From Bacillota bacterium (lineage in GTDB: Bacteria > Bacillota > Desulfotomaculia > Desulfotomaculales > JBFMEU01), in the NCBI GenBank assembly GCA_040753155.1, contig JBFMEU010000004.1, forward strand, positions 1,056-65,055: a stretch of DNA of 64,000 bases, in the 5' to 3' direction. This document shows, one piece after another, positions 20,262 through 31,641 of the stretch; position 1 is the first letter of the stretch, and each line of letters begins with the position of its first letter. Below the pieces are notes generated by a model that was not told the origin of the DNA, ran no database searches, and saw only the letters and a program-made list of their open reading frames with translations. The translations under genes were made by a program, and so were the position numbers.

Positions 20262-21995
20262 ATGAAGGTTACGGAACCAGAAAAGGGCAACTTGATGGAT
20301 GCGCATGAAGAAGGTGAAGCAGAAAATAGAGCGGCCAGGGCCTCCAACTTTATTCAAAACATAATCAGCGAAGACTTTAAAACCAATAAGTATGGTGGCC
20401 GGGTCCATACCAGGTTCCCCCCGGAGCCCAACGGTTACCTGCATATCGGCCATGCCAAATCCATCTGCCTCAATTTTGGCCTGGCGGCTGCCAATAACGG
20501 GCTTTGCAACCTGCGATTCGATGACACCAATCCCAGTAAAGAGGATATAGAATTTGTCGAATCAATTAAATCAGATGTCAGGTGGCTTGGGTTTGACTGG
20601 GGGGATCGGGTGTTTTACGCCTCGGACTACTTCGAAGAGTTGTATGCGTACGCTGTCCGCCTGATCAAGGCCGGCAAGGCTTATGTCTGTGATCTGAGTC
20701 CGGAAGAAATCAGGGCCTATCGCGGCACGTTAACTGAGCCGGGTAAGAACAGCCCTTACCGGAACCGGCCGGCGGAGGAAAACCTCGACTTGTTTGAGCG
20801 TATGAGGGCAGGTGAATTTGAGGATGGCTCCCGGGTGCTCCGGGCTAAAATAGACATGACCTCACCCAACTTGAACCTGCGGGATCCGGTGCTCTACCGT
20901 ATCTTAAGGGCGACCCATCACCGGACCGGGGATCAATGGCGCATTTATCCCATGTACGACTATGCCCACCCCCTGTCCGACTCCCTTGAGGGCATTACCC
21001 ACTCCATTTGCACCATGGAATTTGAGGACCACCGGCCCCTTTACGATTGGGTGCTTGAGGTGCTGGGTTCCTACCGCCCGCAGCAAATTGAGTTCGCCCG
21101 GCTTAACCTCAGCCATACCGTGATGAGCAAGCGCAAGCTCAGAAGACTGGTGGAGGATGGTTATGTTAACGGCTGGGACGACCCCCGCATGCCCACCATC
21201 TCCGGCTTGCGCAGGCGGGGCTACACCCCCGGGGCCATCCGGGACTTTTGTGACCGCATCGGGGTGGCCAAGGCGTACAGCTTTGTCGACATAGCCATGC
21301 TGGAGCACTGTATCCGGGAGGACTTGAACCGCCAGGCGCCACGGGTCATGGCGGTGCTGCGGCCCCTCAAGGTAATCATTGACAATTACCCGGAAGGTCT
21401 GGTGGAGGAACTGGATGCCGGGATTAACCCGGAGAATCCCGAACTGGGCGTGCGGAAAGTTCCTTTCTCCCGGGTCGTGTATATTGAGCGGGATGACTTC
21501 CAGGAAGATCCCCCGAAAAAATTCTTTCGCCTGGCCCCGGGCCGGGAGGTGCGGCTAAAGCATGCCTATATCATCAAGTGTGAGCGGGTGGTCAAGGATG
21601 AGCAAACCGGCGAGGTGGTGGAGCTGCGCTGCTCCTATGACCCGGAGACACGCAGCGGCCTGGCCACGGATGTCCGCAAGGTAAAAGGGACACTGCACTG
21701 GGTTTCCGCAGACCATGCCCTGAAGGCGGAGGTAAGGTTGTATGACCACCTGTTCACCAAGGAAAATCCCGAGGAGGAAGAAGACTTTAGGGCCAACTTA
21801 AATCCAAGCTCCCTGAAGACCCTGACTTCGTGTCTGGTTGAGCCCGGCCTGGCCGGCGCCGCGCCGGAAACCCGCTATCAATTTCTCAGGCAGGGATATT
21901 TTAGCGTGGACCCTGATTCGGCAGGGGATAAGCTGGTGTTTAACCGGATTGTTTCGCTGAAGGACACCTGGGCCAAAATCCAGCAAAAAGCATAA
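20262..21995 (+). CDS. glnS: glutamine--tRNA ligase
   Basis: HIGH (YLHIGHAKS) and VMSKR motifs with GlnRS-like sequence throughout. The start could instead be the ATG at 20295. Confidence 0.9.
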   Translation: MKVTEPEKGNLMDAHEEGEAENRAARASNFIQNIISEDFKTNKYGGRVHTRFPPEPNGYLHIGHAKSICLNFGLAAANNGLCNLRFDDTNPSKEDIEFVESIKSDVRWLGFDWGDRVFYASDYFEELYAYAVRLIKAGKAYVCDLSPEEIRAYRGTLTEPGKNSPYRNRPAEENLDLFERMRAGEFEDGSRVLRAKIDMTSPNLNLRDPVLYRILRATHHRTGDQWRIYPMYDYAHPLSDSLEGITHSICTMEFEDHRPLYDWVLEVLGSYRPQQIEFARLNLSHTVMSKRKLRRLVEDGYVNGWDDPRMPTISGLRRRGYTPGAIRDFCDRIGVAKAYSFVDIAMLEHCIREDLNRQAPRVMAVLRPLKVIIDNYPEGLVEELDAGINPENPELGVRKVPFSRVVYIERDDFQEDPPKKFFRLAPGREVRLKHAYIIKCERVVKDEQTGEVVELRCSYDPETRSGLATDVRKVKGTLHWVSADHALKAEVRLYDHLFTKENPEEEEDFRANLNPSSLKTLTSCLVEPGLAGAAPETRYQFLRQGYFSVDPDSAGDKLVFNRIVSLKDTWAKIQQKA

Positions 21996-21998
21996 TCA

Positions 21999-22046
21999 AG
22001 GGACGGGCTGCTTTTTCGCTCTGCGAAAAAGCAGCCCGTCCCTTTT
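21999..22046 (+). terminator. rho-independent terminator after glnS
   Basis: An 18 bp stem agggacgggctgcttttt/aaaaagcagcccgtccct followed by ttttt. Confidence 0.8.
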
Positions 22047-22168
22047 TGGTCATTGCTTAGACTACAACCAATTTTCTGCTTTTTTTAGAATGTCCTTTCG
22101 AGCTGAAACGAATCCCGTTTTGCGTCTGACAACACCTTTTTGAGAACCTCATCCACATAGGAAAAAAC

Positions 22169-22318
22169 ATGGCGGTAGGAGTGGTTGGGTTTGCCGGTCT
22201 GTCCTCAACAATGAGCGCCAACGTACTTGAGCGAACCCGGGAGTTCGGCGTGATGAGCGCAATTGGGGCGCCTCCATCCACTGTACGCCGCCTCGCCGTT
22301 CTTTGGGGTATGAAGTAA
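22169..22318 (+). pseudogene. FtsX-like ABC transporter permease fragment
   Basis: A 49-codon ORF, MAVGVVGFAGLSSTMSANVLERTREFGVMSAIGAPPSTVRRL. It matches only the conserved ERTREIG-type loop of MacB/FtsX permeases. Confidence 0.5.
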
Positions 22319-22425
22319 CAGTTGATTCAAAAAGGTAATTAATGTATAATCTATTGCAAGAGTTGCTGGATCTGCAAATGGTTAAGTGAGGATAAACTGG
22401 CCCGGTATGATCGGCCATTAGTGAG

Positions 22426-22842
22426 GTGAAGACGGTGACCCCGGAAGTAATTATAACTGTTACCAAGGAGTATTTGGCAACACAGCCGGACGTGGCTGTG
22501 GCCTATATTTTTGGTTCAGTCGCCCGGGGACGCATGTGGGCTCACAGTGACGTTGATGTTGCCGTGATCTTTACCCCGGAAGTGGGGGATAAGCCGGCCC
22601 GGTTTGATCGGCGTCTTGAGTTGGAAATGGCGCTCGGAGACCTGGTGCACAAGAATGTGCAAGTGGTCGATTTTGAAGCGGCCCCGGTGCTACTGCGCTA
22701 TCAGATCCGAAAACACGGCCGGGTGATCGCAGATAAGGATCCGCCACGCCGCGTCAGGCTTGAAGCGGCCGCCATCGGTGAGTACCTTGATTTTCAATCC
22801 ATACGCCAATTCTGCACCGCGGCGAAATTAAGAAGGTTGTAA
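22426..22842 (+). CDS. mntA: type VII TA antitoxin, MntA-type nucleotidyltransferase
   Basis: 138 aa with YIFGSVARG...DVDVAV NTase motifs, immediately upstream of a HepT-like gene. Confidence 0.8.
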   Translation: MKTVTPEVIITVTKEYLATQPDVAVAYIFGSVARGRMWAHSDVDVAVIFTPEVGDKPARFDRRLELEMALGDLVHKNVQVVDFEAAPVLLRYQIRKHGRVIADKDPPRRVRLEAAAIGEYLDFQSIRQFCTAAKLRRL

Positions 22843-22844
22843 GC

Positions 22845-23264
22845 ATGGTTGATCGTGACTTCATCCAGCGAAAACTTGATCGGTTGGTCGAGTATATAAC
22901 CGACCTCGAGGAGCAGCGGCATATCACTGTGGCGGATTGGGAAGCCAACAAGATGCTGCGCAATCACCTGGAGCGCACACTGCAAAAAACAGTGGAGAGT
23001 TGCCTGGACATTGGAAAGCACCTCATCGCCGATCTGAACCTGCGCACGCCGGAAGATTATAAAGACATAATTGTGATCCTGACTGAGGCTGGAATTCTAC
23101 CACGGGAAAAACTGAGCAAATTCAAGAAAATGGCGCAGTTTCGCAACGTAATCGTCCATGATTATGAGAAGATTGATCCGCACGTAATCCTGGATATTCT
23201 ACGCAAAGATCTGGATGACCTGCGACTCTTTGCGCGGGCCGTCCGAGACTGGATCGGTCCTTGA
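22845..23264 (+). CDS. hepT: type VII TA toxin, HepT (DUF86) RNase
   Basis: 139 aa with the RxxxxH motif (FRNVIVHDY). It starts 3 nt after mntA. Confidence 0.8.
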   Translation: MVDRDFIQRKLDRLVEYITDLEEQRHITVADWEANKMLRNHLERTLQKTVESCLDIGKHLIADLNLRTPEDYKDIIVILTEAGILPREKLSKFKKMAQFRNVIVHDYEKIDPHVILDILRKDLDDLRLFARAVRDWIGP

Positions 23265-23787
23265 GTTCTGACATATAGTACCACGAATAGTACCATCTCA
23301 ATCGCCTTGGCCCTGTCGATACGAAATATGTTATTTTTTCATGGTTTATTTGGGAAAGCCCTCTCGGTTTGACTCAGGTCTTAAATGTCGAGAGGGCTTT
23401 AATTTGTTTTTCAAATTTATTTCTGTATTCTCTATGTCGTCCTGAGCGATGGTGATTTTTTTCCTTTGGTTCCCGGTAGTCCCGCCAGCATGTCGGCCGG
23501 GATGGTGATGCTGCCCGCGCCGGTGGAGAAGGTCAGAGCGCCCGTCCCTTTTTAAGGGGCGAATATGAGCCGCATTGTAAGCCCACAGGTCGCCGAAGGC
23601 GAATTTGTTCTTTCTAGAATATGCAGGGGGTGATTTTTTTTGTTTTTGTGTTATATAATGCGGGTATGGAAAAAGGACTATATTACCCCTTGAATCAGCA
23701 ACCTGGAAGCTATACCCTACAGCCAACCACCCGGCTGGACTTTTTCAGGGGACACTAATATGCAGCAGATACAGGAGGAGTATATTC

Positions 23788-26700
23788 TTGAAGACACTGG
23801 GTTTGTGCATCGGGGCCTCCAATATCAGCCTGGTTCTGGCGGCCGGAGACGAAAAAGGCGGGGTCGTAGTGGCGCAGGCCGGGACGATACCTCACGAGGG
23901 CAATCCCCGGCAAGTCATAGCCGGTATGATTGACGACGATTTGCTGCGGTCCGTGGACGGCTTTGCCGTAACCGGGCGGAAGTTGAAAAACATGCTCAAG
24001 GCGCCCTCCCTGGCCGAGCCGGAGGCGGTTGAATACGCCTATCGTTACCTGCGGGAGACCTGCCCGGATGCGGAGGCCATCGTCAGCGCCGGGGGAGAAA
24101 CCTTCATGGCCTACGGGCTTGACCGGAGCGGGCAGATCATTAATGTCCACACAGGCAACAAATGCGCTTCCGGAACCGGGGAGTTTTTTTTGCAGCAAAT
24201 CAAAAGGATGGATTTAAGTGTTCAGGAGGCCGTGGTCGTCGCCGACCTGGATCAGCCCTATATAGTTGCGGGGCGGTGCTCGGTTTTCTGCAAAAGTGAT
24301 TGCACCCATGCCCTGAATAAAGGCGCCTCCAAGGGCCGGGTGGTGGCCGGGCTGTGCCGGATGATGGCGGTTAAAATTACGGAGCTGCTGAAAAAAACCC
24401 GGCCCCGGAAGGTGCTTCTGGTGGGCGGCGCCTCGGCCAACACAGCCATGCTCAGCTATCTCCGGCAGGAAATCAAGGAGTTATATATACCTGCCTACGC
24501 CACCTGCTTTGAGGCCCTGGGGGCGGCCCTCTGGGCACGGGAAAGGCCGGTGAGGCCCGCGGGGGGCTGCGGGGACTTGTTTGCGCGGGGGGCAAGTTCT
24601 TTTTCCTTTTTGCCCCCCCTGAAGGACTTCTTGCCCCGGGTGACCTTCAAGGAGGCCGCCCGGGGGGCTGCCAGGGCGGGGGACAACTGCATCGTGGGGC
24701 TGGATGTGGGCTCCACCACCACCAAGGCGGTGGTGCTGAGAACCTCCGACAACGCTGTCCTGGCGGGCTGTTATCTGCGCACCAGCGGGGACCCGGTCCA
24801 GGCCGCCAGGAACTGCTACCGGGAACTGACCAATCAGCTGCCGGAGCAAATAAACATTAGCGGGCTGGGGGTAACGGGCTCGGGCCGGCAAATCGCCGGA
24901 CTGCATGCCTTGACTCCGGCCGTGATTAACGAAATCATTGCCCATGCGGCGGCGGCGGTGTACTACGACCCCCGGGTGGACACAATTTTTGAAATCGGGG
25001 GCCAGGACGCAAAATATACTTACTTGACCAACGGAGTTGCGGCGGACTATGCCATGAATGAGGCTTGCTCGGCCGGAACGGGCTCTTTTCTGGAGGAAGC
25101 GGCCGGGGAATCTCTGGACATCCTTACCGAAGATATCGGGGAGGTTGCCCTGGGCAGTGCCAGGCCGCCCAATTTCAGTGACCAGTGTGCGGCCTTCATC
25201 TGCAGTGACATCAAAAGCGCCATCCAGGAAGGTATTGAGATTGAGGATTTGGCAGCGGGCCTGGTGTATTCCATTGGCCTTAACTACATCAACCGGGTTA
25301 AGGGGAACAGGGCCGTAGGGCGCAAGGTGTTTATGCAGGGGGGCGTGTGTTATAACAGGGCAGTCCCGGCAGCTATGGCCGCCCTTACCGGCAAGGAAAT
25401 AATTGTGCCGCCGGAGCCCGGCTTAATGGGGGCCTTTGGTGTGGCCCTGGAGGTAAAAAGCAAGCTTGCCCTGGGTCTGCTGCCGGTTATGGAGTTTGAT
25501 CTGGCTGAGCTGGCCGCCCGGGAGGTTGCCCGGGGGGAGCCCTTTACCTGTGCCGGGGGCAAGGAAAGGTGCGACCGGAAGTGCCTGATTAATATCATCC
25601 AGATTAAAGGTAAGAAATATCCTTTTGGCGGCGCCTGCAATAAATATGTTAACCTGATTCAGGATCGTCAGCTGCTGAATACAGAGCAGTACGACCTGGT
25701 AAAGCTGCGGGAAAAACTGGTTTTTGACAAGTACGGCCGGGATTGGGGCGCCCGTTTGCTGCCGCCCAACAATAAAACGGTGGCTGTGAATGACGCCCTG
25801 ATGACCAACACATTGTTTCCCCTGTACTATAATTTTTTCCAGGCCCTGGGCTTTGAGGTGATAAGCGGCGGGGCTGTTGACAGGGAGAGTGTGGAAAGGC
25901 GGGGCGCCGAATTTTGTTTTCCCGTGGAAATCGCCCATGGCACTCTTGGGAGTCTGTGCAAAAAGAGCCCGGATGTGTATTTTCTGCCCCATGTGAAGTC
26001 GATGATTGTCCCCGGAGGAATCGAGGCAAGTGTAACCTGCCCCTTGGTCCAGGCGGAGCCTTATTACCTGAAAACTACCTTTGACGAGTTAAAAGACAAG
26101 GTGGTGCTGTCCCCGGTCCTTAATTTCTCCGGCGGCTACGAAAAGGAGCGGGACACCTTTGTGGCTATAGGCAGGCAGCTGGGTATCCGGGCCAGATCTG
26201 CGGGCCGGGCCTTTGACCTGGCGGTACAGGCCCAAAGGGCTTTCCACAATGAATGCCGGCAAAGGGGAGAGGAATTCCTGGCGGGGCTGGAGGCCAATCC
26301 CGGGGAAACAGCCGTTGTGCTTTTTGGCCGTCCCTATAATGCCTTCACCGGCAAGGCCAACATGGGGATACCGCAGAAATTCGCCACCCGGGGTTACCGG
26401 ATCATCCCCCATGACTTCCTGCCATATGGTGGCGAGGAGCCTGACGAGGGCATGTATTGGGCCCAGGGCCAGATGATCCTCAAGGCGGCAAAGCTCGTCC
26501 AGCGCCATCCCCAACTGTTTGCCGCTTATATTACCAACTTCAGCTGCGGGCCGGATTCATTCCTGGTAGGGTACTTCAGGGATTTAATGGGGCAAAAGCC
26601 GTCCTTGACTTTGGAGTTGGACAGTCATACTGCGGATGCCGGGTTGGACACCAGGATTGAGGCGTTTTTAGACGTAGTTAAAAGCCATATGGAAATCAAC

Positions 26701-28101
26701 CGGCACAGCCGGCCGGTCGTAGCCGGGGCCTTTACACCGGCTAAAATCATCACCGAAAACAACAAAACCCTGGTGGTAAGCTCCCGGGGTGAAAAATATC
26801 CCCTAACCGACCCTCGGGTGCATGTCCTGGTTCCTTCCATGGGCGACCCGGGCTCACGGCTGCTGGCCGCCACCTTGCGGCACGTCGGGGTCAAGGCGTC
26901 GCCGGCGCCGTCCCCCACCAGCCTGGAGCTGAAGCTGGGCAAGGGCTATGCCTCGTGCAAGGAGTGCCTGCCCCTGATTTTAACCGTGGGCAGCCTGATG
27001 AGCTACCTGGAGACCAGGGTTGACAAGGATGAAATCCTGATTTACTTTATGCCGAAAACATCAGGGCCCTGCCGGTTTGGCCAGTACAATGTGCTGATGA
27101 AAAACCTGATTGCGAAGATGCGCTGCGAGAATGTGACCATGATTTCCCTGACCTCCGACAACAGCTATGCCGGCTTTGGGACCAACTTTTCCCTGCGGGC
27201 CTGGCAGTCGGTAATTATTGCCGATGTGCTGGAGGAAATTTACAGCGCGGTGCTCACCATGGCCAGGGACAGGGAAAAGGCCCTGGAGGTTTACAACCTG
27301 GTGTGCAAAAAAATTGTCTATAGCGTGGAAAGGGATGACTGGGAAGGGCTGCGGCGGGTTTTACAGCAGTCGGCCAGTGCCCTGATGACCATTGAAAAGG
27401 TCCGGGAGCTGGAACAGGTGCCGAAGGTGGCCTTAACGGGTGAAATCTATGTCCGCAGGGATGGCTTTTCCCGGCAGTATCTGGTGGAAAGGCTGGCCCG
27501 GGAGGGCATCATGGTCAAAACAGCGCCGGTGGCCGAGTGGCTATACTATTGTGACTATCTGGTCAAGTACAAATACGTGGTTCACGCCAACCTGAGGGAC
27601 AGGCTGCGGGTGTACGGGCTGCAGTATTTCAAAAAACACTACGAAAAGGCTATCAAGGAAATCATGGCCCGGAGCGGATTCTACCACATTCACCTGCTGG
27701 ATGTGGAAAGGATGATTGACAGCGTTGCCGACCTGATCTCGCCCAGGCTCACCGGGGAGGCCATCCTCACGGCAGCGGCCGCTTTTACCGAGCTGGTGGA
27801 GGATGTGGCCGGGGTAATCTCCCTGGGGCCCTTCGGCTGCATGCCCGGGCGGATTGCGGAGTCCATCGTCAACGGCCGGCTGAACGAGAAAAAAATAAAA
27901 GTGGCCCGGGATAAGGACCTGGTGGCCAGGGTTATGGAGCGTTACCCGTCCCTGCCTTTTCTGGCCATGGAGACGGACGGCAATGCCTTTCCCCAGAGCA
28001 TCGAGGCCAGGCTGGAGATTTTCTGCCTGCAGGTAAAAAGATTGCATGACCTGATAAGTGAAGTTAAGGCGGTCTTACAATTAAGAAATACTTTGACCTA
28101 A
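23788..28101 (+). CDS. fused BadF/BcrA/HgdC-type ATPase (x2) plus 2-hydroxyacyl-CoA-dehydratase-like domains (CoA-substrate-specific enzyme activase-related giant protein)
   Basis: 1437 aa with two acetate/sugar-kinase-fold ATPase modules (GLDVGSTTTKAVV, EIGGQDAKY) followed by long dehydratase-like regions. TTG start with an AGGAGG RBS. Confidence 0.75.
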   Translation: MKTLGLCIGASNISLVLAAGDEKGGVVVAQAGTIPHEGNPRQVIAGMIDDDLLRSVDGFAVTGRKLKNMLKAPSLAEPEAVEYAYRYLRETCPDAEAIVSAGGETFMAYGLDRSGQIINVHTGNKCASGTGEFFLQQIKRMDLSVQEAVVVADLDQPYIVAGRCSVFCKSDCTHALNKGASKGRVVAGLCRMMAVKITELLKKTRPRKVLLVGGASANTAMLSYLRQEIKELYIPAYATCFEALGAALWARERPVRPAGGCGDLFARGASSFSFLPPLKDFLPRVTFKEAARGAARAGDNCIVGLDVGSTTTKAVVLRTSDNAVLAGCYLRTSGDPVQAARNCYRELTNQLPEQINISGLGVTGSGRQIAGLHALTPAVINEIIAHAAAAVYYDPRVDTIFEIGGQDAKYTYLTNGVAADYAMNEACSAGTGSFLEEAAGESLDILTEDIGEVALGSARPPNFSDQCAAFICSDIKSAIQEGIEIEDLAAGLVYSIGLNYINRVKGNRAVGRKVFMQGGVCYNRAVPAAMAALTGKEIIVPPEPGLMGAFGVALEVKSKLALGLLPVMEFDLAELAAREVARGEPFTCAGGKERCDRKCLINIIQIKGKKYPFGGACNKYVNLIQDRQLLNTEQYDLVKLREKLVFDKYGRDWGARLLPPNNKTVAVNDALMTNTLFPLYYNFFQALGFEVISGGAVDRESVERRGAEFCFPVEIAHGTLGSLCKKSPDVYFLPHVKSMIVPGGIEASVTCPLVQAEPYYLKTTFDELKDKVVLSPVLNFSGGYEKERDTFVAIGRQLGIRARSAGRAFDLAVQAQRAFHNECRQRGEEFLAGLEANPGETAVVLFGRPYNAFTGKANMGIPQKFATRGYRIIPHDFLPYGGEEPDEGMYWAQGQMILKAAKLVQRHPQLFAAYITNFSCGPDSFLVGYFRDLMGQKPSLTLELDSHTADAGLDTRIEAFLDVVKSHMEINRHSRPVVAGAFTPAKIITENNKTLVVSSRGEKYPLTDPRVHVLVPSMGDPGSRLLAATLRHVGVKASPAPSPTSLELKLGKGYASCKECLPLILTVGSLMSYLETRVDKDEILIYFMPKTSGPCRFGQYNVLMKNLIAKMRCENVTMISLTSDNSYAGFGTNFSLRAWQSVIIADVLEEIYSAVLTMARDREKALEVYNLVCKKIVYSVERDDWEGLRRVLQQSASALMTIEKVRELEQVPKVALTGEIYVRRDGFSRQYLVERLAREGIMVKTAPVAEWLYYCDYLVKYKYVVHANLRDRLRVYGLQYFKKHYEKAIKEIMARSGFYHIHLLDVERMIDSVADLISPRLTGEAILTAAAAFTELVEDVAGVISLGPFGCMPGRIAESIVNGRLNEKKIKVARDKDLVARVMERYPSLPFLAMETDGNAFPQSIEARLEIFCLQVKRLHDLISEVKAVLQLRNTLT

Positions 28102-28108
28102 GACCAGG

Positions 28109-28138
28109 AGGGTTAAAACCCCGCCTGAACCAAGTCTT
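28109..28138 (-). repeat. family-C left-end fragment
   Basis: The reverse complement reads gaagacttggttcaggcggggttttaaccc and is preceded by tataaa, as in copy C1. It abuts the stop of the giant gene. Confidence 0.65.
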
Positions 28139-28921
28139 CTTTATAACCCTGCAAATACGTAAAGGTCCCCGAGTTTGTGGGTAAAGCTTGATTTGGCAGC
28201 CACTTCCTATGGAAAAGTAGAATTGAGTTTTGTTAGAATAGGTTAGATAGGGGGCATTAGATTTTGGAAGTAAACGAAAAAATACAATTAAAGCAGAAGG
28301 AATAATTTAAAACGCCACGAATATTTTCTAAAGGCATCCGTATCATTATGATCCTTTGCCCGTCAGTTTGGTGTCCTTGGTAGACAGCCCTGGCAGCGGA
28401 AAAATGGAGAGGGGAAAATTTTTACGTTCAGGGTTGTTAGCAATCACATATATTTATTAATTCCAAAGGAGGTATGAAGCAAGCAGTCACATCCGATGAT
28501 GCGTCGCAAAGACACGTTGTGAAAGTCGGGCGCGAAGGTTAGAACAACCAGGCGGCGGGTAACACCCCCTTCCGGGCAGAACGTACGGTTTATAGGCCGA
28601 CGGCGGGATTTCGCAAGAAAGACCACCCGGTACATAAGCGAAAGCTTATGGCTGAGCAGTTGAATCCTGTGACACTGCCTCTCGTTAGTCGACGGGAGAG
28701 AAATCTAGATAAATCTGATTTGTTTAGATTTCAGAAACCAGGTATGGAATAACCAGCAAAAACAGTCCGTTGTTTGATTGGATGACAGACTATAGTGGAC
28801 ATGCCGTGCCAAGTGCAGCCGTGCCGGCTGCCGGAGCTTGCTTCCCGGGGCTCCTGCCGGGGCCGGGAGTCGGGCTGTAATGATAAAAGGCGTCCTAGTT
28901 AACAAAAAGGAGGTATTGCTA

Positions 28922-30346
28922 GTGGCTTTTGAACCGAAACCTGTAAGGGAAATGAAGGAAATAAAGTACGAAGAGGCCCGGATTTACACCAATGAAGAAA
29001 TTAACAACTATACCGAGGAAGAGCTGAAGAATTTTAAAATCAAGCATGATATTCCCATGCTGGAAGAAATGGAAAAGGGCCCGTGGCCCAGCTTTGTGGC
29101 CGATGCCAAGCAGCTGGCCCTGCACAGAAGAAAGCTCGCCGATGACAGAATGCTGGTGGCCAGGGACGGCGCCGAGGACCTCCTGGGCGTGCTGGAACTG
29201 TCCTTTGTAGACGGGGAAACCCACTGGAAGCACGGCGGTATCGTTGGTGTTATGGGTTATGGCGGCGGCATCATCGGCCGGTATTCCGATGTTCCGGAGA
29301 AATTCCCCGCTGTGGCGCACTTCCACACTGTTCGTCTTAACCAGCCCGCCAGCAAGTTCTACAACACCGACTTCCTGCGCACCGTCTGCGACCTCTGGAA
29401 TTACCGGGGCAGCGGTATGATGAACCTGCATGGCTCCACCGGCGACCTGGTTATGCTGGGCACGACCACCGAACAGTTAGAGCCCATTTTCTTTGAAATG
29501 ACCCACGTCATGGACCAGGACATCGGCGGCTCCGGTTCCAACCTCCGCACCCCTGAGTGCTGCATCGGCAAGGCCCGCTGTGAGTATGCCTGCTATGACA
29601 CCCAGGAACTGTGCTATGAACTGACCAACTACTACCAGGACGAACTGCACCGTCCGGCTTTCCCGTACAAGTTCAAGTTCAAGTTTGACGGCTGCCCCAA
29701 CGGCTGTGTTGCTTCCATCGCCCGCGCCGACCTGTCCTTTATCGGAACCTGGAAAGATGACATCAGAATCGACCAGGATGCCGTAAAGGCTTACATTGCC
29801 GGAGATATCGTTCCCAACGCCGGGGCCATGGCGGGCCGCGACTGGGGTAAGTTTGACCTTAAAAAAGAAGTTTTGGATCTGTGCCCCACCAAGTGTATGT
29901 GGATGGAAGACGGCGAGCTCAAGATTGACAATGCCGAGTGCACCCGCTGCATGCACTGCATCAATGTTATGCCCAGGGCCCTGAAGCCCGGCCAAGAGAC
30001 AGGCATCAGCCTGCTGTGCGGCGCCAAGGCCCCTATTCTGGACGGCGCCCAAATGTCCGTGCTGCTGGTTCCCTTCATGAAGGCCGAGCCGCCCTACGAC
30101 AACATCAAGGGCATGATTGAAAGAATTTGGGAGTACTGGATGGAAGAAGGCCGGAACCGTGAGCGCGTGGGTGAAACCATTCAGCGCGTCAGCCTGCCGA
30201 AATTCCTTAAGGCCATTGGGCTTCCGCCTGCCCCGCAAATGGTTAAAGAGCCCCGTTCCAACCCGTACATCTTCTGGAATGAAGAAGACGTGCCCGGTGG
30301 CTTTGAGCGGGATATTGCAGATTACCGTAAGAGACACAAGAGATAG
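28922..30346 (+). CDS. dsrA: dissimilatory sulfite reductase alpha subunit
   Basis: [20 protein letters not shown], siroheme/FeS Cys clusters and a ferredoxin-like insert. The GTG at 28922 lies 9 nt after AAGGAGG. The track start at 28838 lacks an RBS. Confidence 0.9.
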   Translation: MAFEPKPVREMKEIKYEEARIYTNEEINNYTEEELKNFKIKHDIPMLEEMEKGPWPSFVADAKQLALHRRKLADDRMLVARDGAEDLLGVLELSFVDGETHWKHGGIVGVMGYGGGIIGRYSDVPEKFPAVAHFHTVRLNQPASKFYNTDFLRTVCDLWNYRGSGMMNLHGSTGDLVMLGTTTEQLEPIFFEMTHVMDQDIGGSGSNLRTPECCIGKARCEYACYDTQELCYELTNYYQDELHRPAFPYKFKFKFDGCPNGCVASIARADLSFIGTWKDDIRIDQDAVKAYIAGDIVPNAGAMAGRDWGKFDLKKEVLDLCPTKCMWMEDGELKIDNAECTRCMHCINVMPRALKPGQETGISLLCGAKAPILDGAQMSVLLVPFMKAEPPYDNIKGMIERIWEYWMEEGRNRERVGETIQRVSLPKFLKAIGLPPAPQMVKEPRSNPYIFWNEEDVPGGFERDIADYRKRHKR

Positions 30347-30360
30347 GGGGGGTAATAGTT

Positions 30361-31548
30361 ATGAAACTATCTTTAGACAGACTGGGCCGGTATAATCCTG
30401 AAAAACCGCAGGAAGACAGGCTCACCGACCTGGGGCCGAGGCACTATTGGGAGTATTTCCCGCCGGTAATTAAGGAAAACTACGGTAAGTGGGCTTACCA
30501 CGAAGTTCTGGAACCCGGTGTGCTGGTGCACGTTTCTGAGACCGGGGCCAGGGTGTTTACTGTCAGGTGCGGTGGCGCCCGTTTCATGACCGTTCAGCAT
30601 GTCCGGGAAATTTGCGACATTGCCGACAAGCATTGCGGCGGTTATGTACGTTTCACCACCCGTAACAACATCGAGTTCATGGTGGACAGCCTGGAAAAGG
30701 TGGAAGCGCTGAAAGCTGATTTGGCCGGTCGCAAGTTCTATTCCGGCAGCTTTAAGTTCCCCATTGGCGGCACCGGCGCAGGGATCACCAATATTGTGCA
30801 CACCCAGGGCTATATCCACTGCCATACCCCGGCCACGGACGCTTCTTCCATGGTTAAAGCCGTAGCCGACGAACTTATGGAATACTTCCAGGGCATGCAG
30901 CTGCCGGCCAAGCTGCGGGTTTCCATGGCCTGCTGTCTGAACATGTGCGGCGCCGTGCACTGCTCGGACATCGCCCTGCTGGGTTACCACCGCAAGCCGC
31001 CCATCATTGACCATGAGAACATCAGCAAGCTTTGTGAAATTCCCCTGGCCATTGCCGCCTGTCCTCTGGGGGCCATTTCGCCCGATAAGACAGCCGATGG
31101 CAAGAAAACGGTCAAGATTAAGAACGAGCGCTGCATGTTCTGCGGAAACTGCTACACCATGTGTCAGGCCCTGCCCCTTTCTGACAAAGAAGGTGACGGC
31201 GTGGTGGTTCTGGCCGGCGGCAAAATCTCCAACCGGATCAGTCAGCCCAAGTTCTCCAAGGTAGTTGTGCCCTACCTGCCGAACAACTTCCCGCGGTTCC
31301 CGGAAACGGTTGACGCCGTTAAGAAGATTGTTGAAGCCTATGCTGCCGGCGCCAACAAGTACGAGCGTCTGGGCGACTGGGCCGAGCGCATCGGCTGGGA
31401 AAAATTCTTCGAGAAGTGCGGGCTGGACTTCAGCGAGCACCTCATCGACGACTACCGCCTGGCCTACGACACCTGGCGGACCAGCACCCAGTTTAAGTTC
31501 ACCGACACTGCCTGGGAAGTCTGCAAGGCAGCCGGCGAAGAGGACTAA
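30361..31548 (+). CDS. dsrB: dissimilatory sulfite reductase beta subunit
   Basis: [21 protein letters not shown] and CxxCxxC ferredoxin-domain motifs. It starts 14 nt after dsrA. Confidence 0.9.
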   Translation: MKLSLDRLGRYNPEKPQEDRLTDLGPRHYWEYFPPVIKENYGKWAYHEVLEPGVLVHVSETGARVFTVRCGGARFMTVQHVREICDIADKHCGGYVRFTTRNNIEFMVDSLEKVEALKADLAGRKFYSGSFKFPIGGTGAGITNIVHTQGYIHCHTPATDASSMVKAVADELMEYFQGMQLPAKLRVSMACCLNMCGAVHCSDIALLGYHRKPPIIDHENISKLCEIPLAIAACPLGAISPDKTADGKKTVKIKNERCMFCGNCYTMCQALPLSDKEGDGVVVLAGGKISNRISQPKFSKVVVPYLPNNFPRFPETVDAVKKIVEAYAAGANKYERLGDWAERIGWEKFFEKCGLDFSEHLIDDYRLAYDTWRTSTQFKFTDTAWEVCKAAGEED

Positions 31549-31641
31549 GTACAGCTTGCGGTTTTTAACTTGCGGGGACAGACCTTTTTACAGGGCTGTC
31601 TCCGTATTTAATCCGTATTTTTAAAAGGAGATGTGTTACAC

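Noticed and set aside
23346-23726. A 126 aa minus-strand ORF between hepT and the giant activase-related gene.
   Set aside because: It is low-complexity (His/Gly/Arg runs), has no RBS, and overlaps a strong hairpin. At best it contains a frameshifted AbrB-like remnant.
28470-28540. A gtgaaagtcgggcgcgaagg segment resembling the RNase P RNA GGAAAGUCCGGGC core, plus a 22-codon ORF (MKQAVTSDDASQRHVVKVGREG) after AAGGAGG in the dsrA upstream region.
   Set aside because: None of the other RNase P conserved regions follows. For the mini-ORF, the RBS-to-ATG spacing is only about 1-3 nt and there is nothing to support coding.
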